Part shown: in pieces, positions 11,623-29,360 of the stretch
Position numbering within the stretch: position 1 is the first letter of the stretch
How the letters are laid out: each line of letters starts with the position of its first letter
DNA from: Macrostomum lignano
Taxonomy: Eukaryota
Direction: 5' to 3'
NCBI GenBank assembly: GCA_002269645.1
Contig: NIVC01001097.1
Coordinates: 62,001 to 126,000 of the forward strand
Length of the DNA stretch: 64,000 nucleotides
Translations under genes and position numbers: made by a program
Notes under the pieces: model-generated
The model's input: only the letters and a program-made list of their open reading frames with translations
Told to the model about the DNA's origin: nothing
Database searches by the model: none

Positions 11623-13447
11623 CGAAAACTTTATCAATGTCCACGTGGACTTGATAATAAATATCAACTAATTAAATCACTTTAAGCCTTTTTAGGCTAC
11701 ACGAACGCACCCTAACATCAGTGTGAGTTCATGCACACACCAAGAACCAGTAGGGATCAGTTTCTAGGATACTGATCAATCGTATTTTCTAGGAAACACC
11801 AAGTTGGAGTCCTGAAATGAAGCGTTGTCAGAGAGGTCCTGAGCCTCAGTATTCTGGAATAATGATTCAGTCTGTCTCTAAATGTATAAAAATGAGCCCA
11901 TATGAGGCCAATTGCTTTAATTTTTTCTGTACCCTCAACAGGGCAAATGTTCAGTCAAATTCACACGTGTCTCAGTGCGCGTTTGGGCCTGCAATCTCGC
12001 TTTATTCAAGAACAGAAATCGAACAGACTTAACTACGCCGCATCATCTTGGGGATGCCGTGTAGAGTCACCCCACTGCTTTGTGACCGGGATCTACATGC
12101 ATGCCCACTTCAAAAAGCTACGAGCTAATAATACTTACGAGTATTTACGAAGGGTTCCATCCTTTCCACTTATAGTAGGCAGTTGCGGATCGACATTTTG
12201 TTACCTGGGAAAGGCATATCATGCAATTGGTGCCAGTAACTAGCTGCATGGTCTCCGGTCGTGAGTGCCGCGAGTCCGTCATCGCCTGGAGCAACGCCGC
12301 GTCCTCTGGAAGGGCCGCCCGCCTCGGACTGCCGGACCGGCCTCACAGAGCGAAAGGCGGGCGAGCCTAGCGGATGTCAGGAACCAAACTGCCTAGGTTG
12401 GACTGACTGCTGACATCGCGGAAGCTCCGTCGCAGGCTGTCGACAGAAATTTCTTGGCTCAAGTGTTCTCAATTTGAGACTGAACATTTAAGCTGGCTTT
12501 CTCCAACCAGATGCTTAGAAATTTCGGGGTCGCAGATTACACCTGCTACTTGCAGTAGAGTTCTGGATAGCTATTAGCCTTATCGTCCCGCCAGCTTTGC
12601 TCCAGGAGCCATGTGCGGCGGCCGCGGTGTTTGCCCCACTCGAGCTTGTTTTCTTCAAGCCGTGCTTTTTGAAAAGCCAAGTCTGCCGTGCAGTTTGCTC
12701 AAGCCGGGGGGGGGGGCTGAACTCGCCAAGTTCGCTTGTTGATGGTAGGTAGGTAAGTGGCGTGTGATTAAGAGCGGATTATTGAGTAATCAGAGCTGGG
12801 AACTCCGGCCACCTGTGCCGGACCCGGCCAGCCTTATCGCGGGAGCTGCGGCCGCTGTTGGCCACCTCGAGTCCGCGGCCACTACATCAATCAAGCCTGC
12901 AGTGGGAGCTGGCCCGGCTCAGTGGGGAAATTTTTATTAAATTTATTCCCAGCAGATGACGCTAAGAGGGCCTTCTGAGCGCTGATTGCGGCTTCCCGAT
13001 CTTCAGATTGAATTAGTCGGCGCTCTCAGGTGCTGCTAGCGACCTGCACGGGCAGCAGCTGATTGCCTCACCTGCTAAGTGCTGATTTGATTTGGCCCCA
13101 AACAATGGCGCCTGAATAGCGCCATCCGCACCTGATTGCGCGAGCTGAGCTCGGGCGAGCGCGCGTGAAATCCCCGCCTTGCCTGGAGATTCGACTTTGA
13201 CTAATTGAAAATTGAGGCTTGAGGCTTGAGGCTTGAGCTGCCCGGTGCAGCGCTCGGCTCCAACCCAGCTCAGCTCGCTGCCCCAGCGGCGGCAGTCGCC
13301 AGCCAATGGGGAGGCGAGCTCGGGTTTGTCTCCAACTCTCAGGCCCTCTTTAATTCTCCGGCGATAAGCAAGTGGCGAGCGCCCCAGAACTGCTCAGCTG
13401 AAGTCTAATTGCCAGTCGGGGCCGAGTTCGGTTGCGCCACACCAGCA

Positions 13448-18613
<5,166 letters not shown>

Positions 18614-18704
18614 CGGGGACTTTTAAATTGCAATGCCGATGGAGGCACTCCAGAGCCATGAGGTGTTTTTGAAGGCCGACTAGTCAGTCACACTCAAATT
18701 TTGC

Positions 18705-18960
18705 TTGGCTGCATGTACAGCTTGGCTGCATGTACAGCTTGGCTGCATGTACAGCTTGGCTGCATGTACAGCTTGGCTGCATGTACAGCTTGGCTGCATG
18801 TACAGCTTGGCTGCATGTACATCTACAGCTTGGTTGGATGTACAGCTTGGCTGCATGTACAGCTTGACTGCATGTACAGCTTGGCTGCATGTACATCTAC
18901 AGCTTGGCTGCATGTACAGCTTGGCTGCATGTACAGCTTGGCTGCATGTACAGCTTGGCT
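18705..18960. repeat. 17-nt minisatellite (cttggctgcatgtacag) downstream of the Mnx stop
   Basis: About 15 copies with period 17. Confidence 0.95.
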
Positions 18961-19756
18961 TAGTTACATGACCGATTTAGAATTGAAATCGATAAAAAGA
19001 TATTAAAAATTAAACCCGCAGATCCCTGATCAAATTCAACTCAACCAATGCAAACTGGACTCCTGCAGGTACATGCAATCAATCAAATTACCCAGGTGAC
19101 TCGATGAAAGTAGGCCTTCAAAAATCGTTTTGAGTATTTAATTATGATGTCCCTGAGCCTCCAAGGACATGGCCGAACTCTAGTAAAGAATCAACAGCAG
19201 CCTCTTGTACATAGCTGATATAAACCTGGCTGGCATAGCAACTGGCAACACTCTGTACATAGTATTTGTCCGCTCCAATGCATGAATCTGCTAACCCGCA
19301 ATTCCGCTTCAATAACCCGCTTATTAACAGTCTGCGGCCCCGGCCGCCCTGCTAGTCCTCGCGCAGCGGTTCGTTATGAATTTCAATTTCTGATGAAAAT
19401 AAAAGCACTGCAATAACTGAGACATCAATCGAGTGAGTTGCGTTTTCATCAAACCGAGCACCTGAGACAGGTGCCAATAGTACAGTCAAATCATTTTATT
19501 TATCAACAATAAATTTGCTGCTTGCAAGTTAAACAATTACTGAACGAAACAGTCAAAAAATGCCACGTAAAAAACGCCAGGCAGTTTCAAGCAGCACTAC
19601 TGGAAGTAGCATGCGGTGCGCACTCAGCCAGCAATTTTCTTCAAATTGTTAAATACAGCGTTCGAGAGGGGAAAGCTGATTCACAACTCAGCTAACAATT
19701 ATATGGCAAACTGTACAAACCGCATTTAGTGATAGGAAAACATTTGTGCATGAACT

Positions 19757-20425
19757 GGATCCCCAATCTACCCCCACAACACACCCAGGATCCCCAATCT
19801 ACCCCCACAACACACCCAGGATCCCCAATCTACCCCACAACACACCCAGGATCCCCAATCTACCCCACAACACACCCAGGATCCCCAATCTACCCCCACA
19901 ACACACCCAGGATCCCCAATCTACCCCACAACACACCCAGGATCCCCAATCTACCCCACAACACACCCAGGATCCCCAATCTACCCCACAACACACCCAG
20001 GATCCCCAATCTACCCCACAACACACCCAGGATCCCCAATCTACCCCCACAACACACCCAGGATCCCCAATCTACCCCCACAACACACCCAGGATCCCCA
20101 ATCTACCCCACAACACACCCAGGATCCCCAATCTACCCCACAACACACCCAGGATCCCCAATCTACCCCACAACACACCCAGGATCCCCAATCTACCCCA
20201 CAACACACCAGGATCCCCAATCTACCCCCACAACACACCCAGGATCCCCAATCTACCCCACAACACACCCAGGATCCCCAATCGACCCCACAACACACCC
20301 AGGATCCCCAATCTACCCCACAACACACCCAGGATCCCCAATCTACCCCACAACACACCCAGGATCCCCAATCTACCCCACAACACACCCAGGATCCCCA
20401 ATCTACCCCACAACACACCCAGGAT
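19757..20425. repeat. 30-nt minisatellite (ggatccccaatctaccccacaacacaccca) just 3' of the PCGF-like stop
   Basis: About 22 copies with 29/30/31-nt variants caused by C-run length. Confidence 0.96.
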
Positions 20426-20454
20426 TCCCAGCAGATGTTATCGTCAAGTTTCAG

Positions 20455-21084
20455 TCAGGAGTCGCGCGAGCTCCTGGCCGCAGCGGAGTCGCGGTCCGCG
20501 ATCACGTAGGTGAGGGCGATGGGGTCCCGCCAGTCGGCCTGGCCGTCCGTCTCCCTGCAGCGCAGTTTCTGCAGCTCGGCGAGGCTCCAGTAGGCCGGCA
20601 GGCGGGTGTTGCGCCTGTAGATATCCACCGTGCCGGTGGCGGACAGGCGGTGCTGGTCGCAGAGGAAGCCGGCGACGTGGCCGATGGTGGCCTGCATTGC
20701 CAGCAGCAGGAAGATCTGGCGCTGGCCTCCGCGCGGGCTCAGCGCGATCTGCACCGGAGTGGCCAGCTCCAGCGGCAGCGACTTCTCCAGCTCCAGGCTG
20801 AAGTCCAGCCGGCGATGCACCTCGCTGGCCCGCAGGCCGGGCACCAGCTTGTACACCAGGTCCTGCAGCACCCGGTCCTGGCGCAGACAGCCCTCCTCCT
20901 CCAGCTTGAGCTCCTGGCCGCACTCTGGACAGCGGCTTGGCCGGACAGTCTGCAGGTGGCCGACAATGCAAGACTTGCAGAACACGTGGAAACAGTCGGT
21001 GAGGCGGGTGGCGTCAATCAGGTAGCCAGCGCAGAGGCTGCACACTAGGATGTTGTTGAGCTGCCTGAGCTGCGGCCTGCCAGA
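20455..21084 (-). CDS. Polycomb group RING finger (PCGF/Psc/BMI1-like) protein: RING + RAWUL, single coding exon (start codon not resolved)
   Basis: LNNILVCSLCAGYLIDATRLTDCFHVFCKSCIVGHL...CPEC followed by LRQDRVLQDLVYKLVPGL is PCGF-diagnostic. The C-terminal half resembles a RAWUL fold. The frame is open from the acceptor ccccgcag| at 21084. Confidence 0.88.
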   Translation of the reverse strand, partial: SGRPQLRQLNNILVCSLCAGYLIDATRLTDCFHVFCKSCIVGHLQTVRPSRCPECGQELKLEEEGCLRQDRVLQDLVYKLVPGLRASEVHRRLDFSLELEKSLPLELATPVQIALSPRGGQRQIFLLLAMQATIGHVAGFLCDQHRLSATGTVDIYRRNTRLPAYWSLAELQKLRCRETDGQADWRDPIALTYVIADRDSAAARSSRDS

Positions 21085-23102
21085 CTGCGGGGATTGAGGT
21101 GAGCAGTCAGCACTCAGCTTGAGCAGTCAGTCTGGGCACGACATTAAAGCTGCTAATCTAGATGACGTAGTGACTTCAATTGGAATATATAGAAGCATAA
21201 AATAATAAAAAATTCTTTGTAAGGTCGAGGTCATACACCTGAACACATAAAAGACCTCTGAAGCAATGCTATATGGTTTTTGGTGCTCGATTAGTTTGTC
21301 CATTTTTTTAAATGTTTCTAAAAAATGGAACTGCCCGAGGACGCGCGGCCTTATTAAAGACAGACGCCTATGTTTTCGTATGTCTATGTCCGAAACCCAT
21401 AGAATTGAAAAGAGGGACGCAAAAGCGAGAGAAAGACAGTGGATGAAGACACAGCATCAAAGGAGTTCTAACTGACGCGTGTATCACGTACTGGACATGA
21501 ACCTGGGGTAAAGTGGAAGTGGTCCTACAACTGCCAGTCTGTCTTCTGCTAAACCAGGGACTCCTAAAATAGCATTAGAGTGCTAGCTCTAGAAGTCCCT
21601 GGCTAAACCCTGATTTACCCTAAAAGTTATTCTATAAGCTGTGCTACTTGTTTGGCATTACGAGGCCATAGTCAATGAATTCCAAATACATAAACAACTT
21701 CAGCGTCACTGGGGTGAGTTTGGGCCATAGACAGCTTGCAAAAGTGAAAAGTAGTCCCTGCAGCAGGTTTGCAGAGCTACAGAATCAGAGAGCAACCAGC
21801 TAAGCCAAAATGGAGTTCGCCTTGGCTTCGGCGGGTGCCAGCAGCACAAGTGTATATCAGTTGTTGCAGACCCATGGACCAAACGCAGTGAATCAGTGAG
21901 ATGTTTGCAAATATGGTAATTCCAAGTTCTGCAAGATATTGATTGCCATTTGACATACAAAAAGATGGCTAGTACTCTCTTTTAAGTGTACATCAGATCC
22001 TCATTCAATATCTTGGACTTGGGAAGGTCACAGTCAGCTTTGGCAGAAGCACCCACAGAGTATGGCACTGGGTCTTTTTCATGATATATGACAATACCAG
22101 TTTACACACTGCCGCAGGACTACTAGTGGAAAATGCTGCCTTTTTTCACCAAATTCCTCTGACAAGGATAGTTGTATTTGAAAATAATTGTGCAATTAAT
22201 TATATAACTCACAATCATATATTCAGAAACTATCATTTCAAACCATTGGGAATATATAATTTAAGCTAATCAATTTAATTAACTCAAGTAGTTTAATTTT
22301 ATAATATTCAATATATAATATTTGTAACATTGCAAATATGTTCTAGGAACTATCTATTAGGCCTAACTTTGATATCTAAATAAATATAGATATGGCAAGT
22401 GATAACAAAATTAAAAACAAAATATTAGCAAGATTAGGCAGTAGGTTGAATGATTAAGACTAAAAATGCAACTGTTATTTAATATCTTATTTTGTTGCTA
22501 TACTAAAAAATTCTGCCTTAAATAATACATTTGTACTTTTATAATGTTATGTTTCTAAAAAGAGTATGGACTTATATTCATAACTATGGCTATGTTATTG
22601 ACAAAAAATTTACATTTAAGGCTCCTTCTCTAAGCTAGTGATAATTGGCATAGGTGCACTCCCAGGGGGGGAGGGATAGTCACCTCTTTTAGCAAAGACC
22701 TAAACAAAAATAAAATAAAAGGAAAGACCAAACAAGTGAATTTTTATAAAAATATAGACTAGGTAGAGCCATTCTATCTAGGTCTTTACTATCTAGAAGC
22801 TGCCATTCTTCAAAAAATTCAGGTTGCACCACTGATTTGGCAGATCAAATAGAAGGCAAGCCAAAACAAGAACCATGCCCCTGCCCTGGCCCAATGCCAA
22901 GCCATATGATTATGAAAATAATTAATTGGTAAATTTATTAAAGAAATAGCCCGTAATATAAGGCATAAGTTTTTGTGCAATCATTTTATAATTTACCCCT
23001 AGCCTAAAAATTGCTGAAACTGGGCTAAAACCTATATGGCTTGCCCTGTTGGTTAAAAAGTAAATATTTTTTATAAAACTTGTACTGTAGCAGTCTAGTA
23101 GT

Positions 23103-24275
23103 CAGTGTTGGGCAAGTTACTCAAAAAAAGTAACTTGCGTTACTGTAACTTAAGTTACCACTTTTTAAAAAGTAACTTACGTTAGCCTAGTAACTTTGAA
23201 CAAAAACCCAGTAACTTTTAAGTTACTTCCGTTACTTACTTCCGTTACCTATGTTATAAACAAAATTTTCTGCTTTTTTAACATTGCAAATGTGCTGGAA
23301 CAGCACAAATGATCGCGAAAGCCAGAAGGAAAAATACAACAAAATTAATTTCAGTAACTGTATTAAATTTTAATCACTTTAGGCCCTTTCCGTAAAAAGA
23401 AGAGAAGCTGAAGGTCAGAAACGTTAAAGGCAAAACGCAATTTAATTTTTAATAACATTATAAGTTATAATACACAAGGACAACTTAACGTAACTTCAGT
23501 TGTCCTTGATAATACATCGCTCGTAATAAGTACCTGGCTTTACTCCACTCTACAGTCTGCTTTACTAGTCTTTTTATTTTCAATTATTTGAAATTTTTTT
23601 CAATTTTTTCAATTATTTTTCAATTCATTAATATTAAATTATTGTGCAGTGCAGTGCAGTGCCAGTGGACTTTAGTGGTGTAGCCAGGGAGGCCGCCTTA
23701 ACAATCGTTGGGGCGGCAACTTCACCCCACCTGCAAGACACCCCACCAGGGGGGGTGGGGTTGGGCGTGGCGGGTGCATGAGGCATGGCCAGCCAGGCCA
23801 ACCCGCCCCCCCCCCAATTAAAATTCCTGGCTACGTCGATCACTGAGTGGATTTGTGGAGACTACAGATGAATTTCTTTCTTTGGTTGTTTGTTTCTAAG
23901 AACTAAACAAAATATTTTTATTAACTTAAAAACGAAAAGCAAAAATATTTTACCGAAAATAACAAAGTAAAAACATGTTTCAAGTATTTCTTTATTAATT
24001 ACAGCGTAATACCGTATGATATTATTCACTTAGTTTTGAATTTAAGAATGAAAAATGCTAAAAATGTGACAACTGGCGTAATAGCTAAGCATATCAGTTT
24101 TAAATTTAAATATTGCGATTGTTGCAAAGTAACTGTAACGGACTTCCGAAATTTGAGTAACTTACCGTTACTCCGTTACCAAAATAGGAAAGTAACTTGC
24201 GTAAGGAACGCTTTACGAAAAAGTAACTTGCGTTACCATTTACAAGTTACTCGGTAACGGAAGTGCCCAACACTG
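23103..24275. mobile_element. hAT non-autonomous element, 1173 bp
   Basis: TIRs CAGTGTTGGGC / GCCCAACACTG; perfect 8-bp TSD CTAGTAGT (23095-23102, 24276-24283); many AGTAAC/GTTACT subterminal repeats at both ends; no transposase ORF. Confidence 0.88.
23672..23845. mobile_element. Small GC-rich MITE-like insert nested in the hAT element
   Basis: Inverted ends gtagccagg / cctggctac around a GC island within AT-rich sequence; no clear TSD was established. Confidence 0.4.
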
Positions 24276-27039
24276 CTAGTAGTAGACTAGTAGTGTCAGT
24301 GTGCTAAATCAGAGTGGTTGGTGGTTAATCAAGTATGCATCGTTGACTCCTTAGATTCGACTCGATTGCAGCTGCATAACATAAATAACCACTGACGATT
24401 GATCTATGCAGTTTTTGACTAATATTATATATCGGATTTAATTTCTGTGATGTGATCTTTGCTTCTAGGAATTTTACGAGCTTATGCCTGTAAAATCATG
24501 TATTAATAATCTAGCTAGAAATTGAGTATTTATTAGCGAAAAAGTAGTTTTATTAGTACTCTTTCTTACAGAAAACGTTCTATCTGATTTTTAGTTCATT
24601 TTTCAATTGACTGGTAAACTTTCGGCTCGGCCCTTCAATTTTTCAAAACAAGCTGTTTCCTCTAGTAGTTTGCTAGTTCTTGATGATGTATGCTCTGTTG
24701 ATCCATCATCATTACTGTTCTATTCTACATTGTGGATTAATTAGATGTGCACTTTATAAACAATTGTACGAATGATTTATCGATCGCTCTTTGTATTGGT
24801 CTATTCGATCGGATGTTCTGTGTCAAATACGAGGGCTACTGAATATCAGCTCGTATGTACTTAACAACATTCGAATTTGCGCATACTTGGTCTTTTGTTA
24901 AATTTTGAATGGAAAGTCTTGCTTCATGTACATTTATGAGTATTAGTGTGTTTTTTAAGATTAAATGAACCGCATGCTTTGCATTTAAATTGCTTCATAC
25001 CTGTACGTCCGCGCCTGTCTAGATCTGTGTCTTACATGTGTGTTATAGCTGTAATACCAGAAAATTGTGTGTTATTGAATCGTTAGTTCAATATTATAAA
25101 TTAATATTATAAATTAATTAATTATTCGGTCAACAATTAGTTGAACATACCTTGAAAATGTATTTTATCAGTTAAAATACTGAATATTTCACAGTTTAGC
25201 GGACAGTATGCAGTTAAATAACGTGCTTTCTAAACTTCTATAATTCATTATCCCAATATCTTCCGTAGTTACAGACATTCTGTGGTTACATGTATAGACA
25301 TTTAAACCAGCCCAGATAAGCAAGCTTGAGTTAAATGTATGGATCACGACCTACGAGTACATGTACACTGTATGGTGCATGTATTAGTTACTGCAAAACG
25401 TATACGACTCCGGGGCGCCGGCGTCAGCCAGCAGGTGCAGTAGACGAAACGCCGAGTGCGGGCCCCCCACCGGTAGGGTGCCTGCAGCGTTAACAGCAGT
25501 ACCTCCTGCACCGGCCATGGGCAGTACGACTGGGTACGGATGATGTGGCTTTCCAGCTGGAGTTGCCGACGGTACAACAGGTCGCTTGGACGGACCAGGC
25601 TGGCGCGGTAGATACAAAGCCGCATTGGTCACTCGATCGCTCGTATCTGTAGGTTTGGACTCGAATGATGGAGCACAGCAGCAACTGCGACAGCCTTCAA
25701 CGACTATTAGACACATGCGGCACCGACTTCAACGCCGGTCTGAAATCGACGATGGCACCAGCGATGGCGGCATTTTCCCGCATCATTATCATCCACACCC
25801 GCTGCCGCTGCAGCCAGCTCCTGTCGCACTCTCCACTTGGTATCATCTGCGGCTAACTGACTGTCAATAGCATCGTCTTGCCAACACCGGAGCCGATGCT
25901 GTGGCCATTTCAACAATCGTTGTATCGCCACAGCCTGCAGTTGCACCAAATGCGCTGTCGAAATGTGCTAAAAGTTTTCCTGCGCCGCCAACTCCGTCCG
26001 AGGCCAGGCGGATACCAAAAAGCGTCGTCTATTTGTATCACCCTTCTGGTGTCGGCAAGACGCACTGCGTGCACAGGCATCACTGAAATAATCAAGTTAT
26101 ATATATCCGAACCGGGCTAGGGCAAAGTTATTTATGGCCGTTTGGACACCTCGGTTCACACCGTGATGTACAATGCGTAAACCATCTATGCCTGGCATTA
26201 TTTGACGATAAATCGGACGCGAGAGTAGGCACATAGGCGGTCGTCCTGTGGTAGTCATCCACGTTGGAAATTCCATGCACCGGATTACGCTGGATTACGC
26301 ACATGCGACGGTAGATGCGCGCCGCACAGGGACTTCTACGGCAATCGGCCATATGATTGGCTGGACTTGTGCAACTGTACAAAGACTATACATTGTCCTC
26401 GTCAGACACGTTCTTTTGAGCTGCAAAGCCACAGCGAGCGACGTGGCACAGAGGGCGGCGCGCAGGTAAATAAGCGGGTGAGCAAACCCCCACCCCACGG
26501 AGGGGTAGAGAGGACGGCGCACAAAGGCGGCACAAAGAACAGTGCGAGGAGGGGTGGATGGCTATAACACCCAATTCACCCCAGGCTCACAAAGGAGCCC
26601 TAAGAGAAATGGCGGCAATAACGTTTTGGGAATTTTTCGCTGTTTGCTTACTGTCATCAGTAGTATGCCTTCATAGACGCACTCTGCGCAGGTGTTTTTA
26701 TTTTTTTACTGCATCGAATTTTTTCTGTCTTTCAAGTTTGTGTTTGGTTCGATTTTTCCGTCCCTAATTCAGAGTACTTGCTGCTGAATACTTTGCCAAG
26801 GTTCATATAATTAAACTTTATACATGTCCCGAATATTTTGATCTTAAATGTTTTTTGCATGACTCGTTGCAAAGCGCGAAAAAGGTGTACATATTATAGC
26901 TAAAACAAGTCAACTCGTTAAAGGAGTCCAAAATCCATGGCACTGATTTAAACAAAGTTCCCGCAAATAGTCTTTATGCCAATGATACGCTGGTACAACC
27001 GAATGGAAATTAGAAATTATACTCTTCTATACCATAACA

Positions 27040-29360
27040 GCCACATCAAAGCACTCGGTCGGTCAAGACCACACGTCACGGCGTCACGGGAAACACCTCA
27101 GGGACTGGGAGCGAATGAATACCGCGATACCGACAGAATCCAGGGCCGAGTCCTCGCCGGCAACGGGGCAATGTGCCCAAATCTGGCGTCGCGCTACTAT
27201 CATTCCCCTCCTCAAAAAGGCAAACCGGCTAGCTTGACCACCTCCTACCACCCAGTGAGCCTGCCTGACCTCCAGCGTTGTTAAGCTCCTGGAACGCATC
27301 ATCTCCAACCGCCTTTACTTCCTCGCTGAATCGCGAGGCTGGCTATGCTACCAACAGGCTGGCTTTCGCAAACATCACAGCTGTGAGGACCGCATCCTCA
27401 GCGCCGTCCAAGCCATTAGTGACGGCTTCCAGACCTCACTATACTCAGGTTCCTCGTGGCGCTCTTCTCAACTTTTCGACCGTGTCTGGCGGCAGCATCT
27501 GCTGGGCATCCTTCTCGATCTAGGCACCTCGCTCCAGCTGGTCCGCTGGCTGTTTGCTTTTCTTTAAAATCGTGAGGCTCGCATGCACTTCCAAGGTGGC
27601 ACCAGCCGCTACCATCGCCTCCAGCAGGGCCTTCCCCAGGGATCGGTCCTCTCGTCTCTCCTCTTTATAATCTACATCAACTCCATTTCGTTACGCATCC
27701 CCCGGAGATCCAACTCCTCATGTATGCTGAGGATTTTGCCATCCGTACGCAGCATCGCGACAAAGCTGTCGCTGAAGCTTCGCTCCAACGCGCGGCGACT
27801 GCTATTTCCGACTGGGGTCTCGAGCACAAGATGTGCATCAACCCAGTCAAGAGCGAAGTCTCTTTCTTCTCGACTGACGTTCACGAGGCACACTGGCAAC
27901 CTCATATCACGGCCAACGATGTTGCCCTCCCTTTCAACGCCACTCTTCGATTTCTCGACGTGTATCTAGATCGCACCCTAGATCGCCTTCACGAAGCAAG
28001 TCGCAGAGGTCTGCCGCACCGTCGTCTCCCACTCCCGCATTCTCATGTGCCTTGCTGCAAAGGACTGGGGCTGGCACAAGGACAGTCTGAGGACGGTCTG
28101 AGGAGGGTTGCAGCGCAGCGTGCTTCACTGTGCAGCCCACGCGTGGCGTGACACCCGTAGCTCTCGTGCACCTCCACCGAGCGCCTTCAACGCGCTCAGA
28201 ACCAGGCCCTCGCTGCATCACTGGCCAGCACCGCAGCACGCCAACTGAGGCTCTGCACTGGAAGCTGGAGTCTGCACCTTTACCACCAGTCGCCAACTCA
28301 GCCTCCTGGCCTACGAGAAAGCCCTCCGCTTGTCAGCCTCGCACCCACGCTACCTCGCCGCTACTGCCACGGTCCGGCATCGCACCACTCCCAACAGCTT
28401 GAGGCATCTCGGCGCTCAGCTTGCCGCCCAACTGCCGGCTGAGTTTCACCACAGCAAGCCACTTCCGGCCCTGCCGCTCTGTCTCTGGACAGCTCACATT
28501 GACTGCTCCTTCCAGTTAAACATTGACGGCAACCTGACAAAGGCCGACGACCCAGATATGTTTTACGAAAACGCCCTTCAGGCTATTCACCGCATTAATG
28601 CGGACGTGATAATCTACGCGGACGGATCCACCGCAGGTGGCTGCGAATTCGGTGGTGCAGCGGCGGTGGTGACTACGGGTGACCCCGGTGCTCCCTTCAT
28701 CCTCCACACGGCTCTTACCCGTGGTCGCTGCTAAAGTCCTCATTTGAAGAAGAACAATCGACCTTCCGCCTTGCCTGCTGCTGGGCTGCGGAAGACGCGA
28801 ACTCTGGAAGTGTCGCCGTCTGCTCCGACAGCTAGTCCCTGATCTCTGCTCTCGCCTGCGGACGTCGCCGCGAGCTCTCCATGGTTATTCCTTCTAACAT
28901 CTGCGCCTTTCAGTAGATCCCCAGCCACTGCAACATCTCGGGCAACGAGGTGGCGCAGACGCTGCGGCAAACTCGAACATCGGGCCGCATGCTCATCTGG
29001 ACGTGCCCCCCTCGCCGTGCCCCCCATTTCCTGGGCCTCCGCATGTGCTTTCATCTTCCGTCTCCTCACCGATCCGCCATCCGTCACCGAGCACCACCAC
29101 ACACGGCCTGTGTTTATAGCGCTCTCTCGCATTGGCGGGACAGAGAACAACTCCCCACCAGACAGGATACGGTGCTTCTGGGCCTCCTTCGTTCCGGCTA
29201 CTGCTGGATCCTACAAGCCTACAGGGCTCTTCTTAATCCAAGCATCGACCCCGGTTGCCCCCGCTGTGGCGTGGAGGCCGACACGCTTGAGCATTGGGTC
29301 TTTGTTGAGCGCCTGAGCTCCTTTGCCTTCAACAACAACAACAACAACAACAACAACAAA
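27040..29360 (+). mobile_element. 5'-truncated, decayed non-LTR retrotransposon (RT + RNase H, I-group-like) with (AAC)n tail
   Basis: Frameshifted motifs WRRATIIPLLK, SYHPVSL, KLLERII, QAGFRK, GLPQGSVLSSLLFIIYIN, YAEDF, FLDVYLDRTL, RNase H IIYADGS and CPRCG. Ends in ~9 AAC units at 29331-29358. Confidence 0.9.

Noticed and set aside
19729-20513. Long Pro/Thr/His-rich ORFs (439 aa, 255 aa) on the + strand
   Set aside because: They derive from the 30-nt minisatellite plus the antisense of the PCGF exon and have no independent coding signal.
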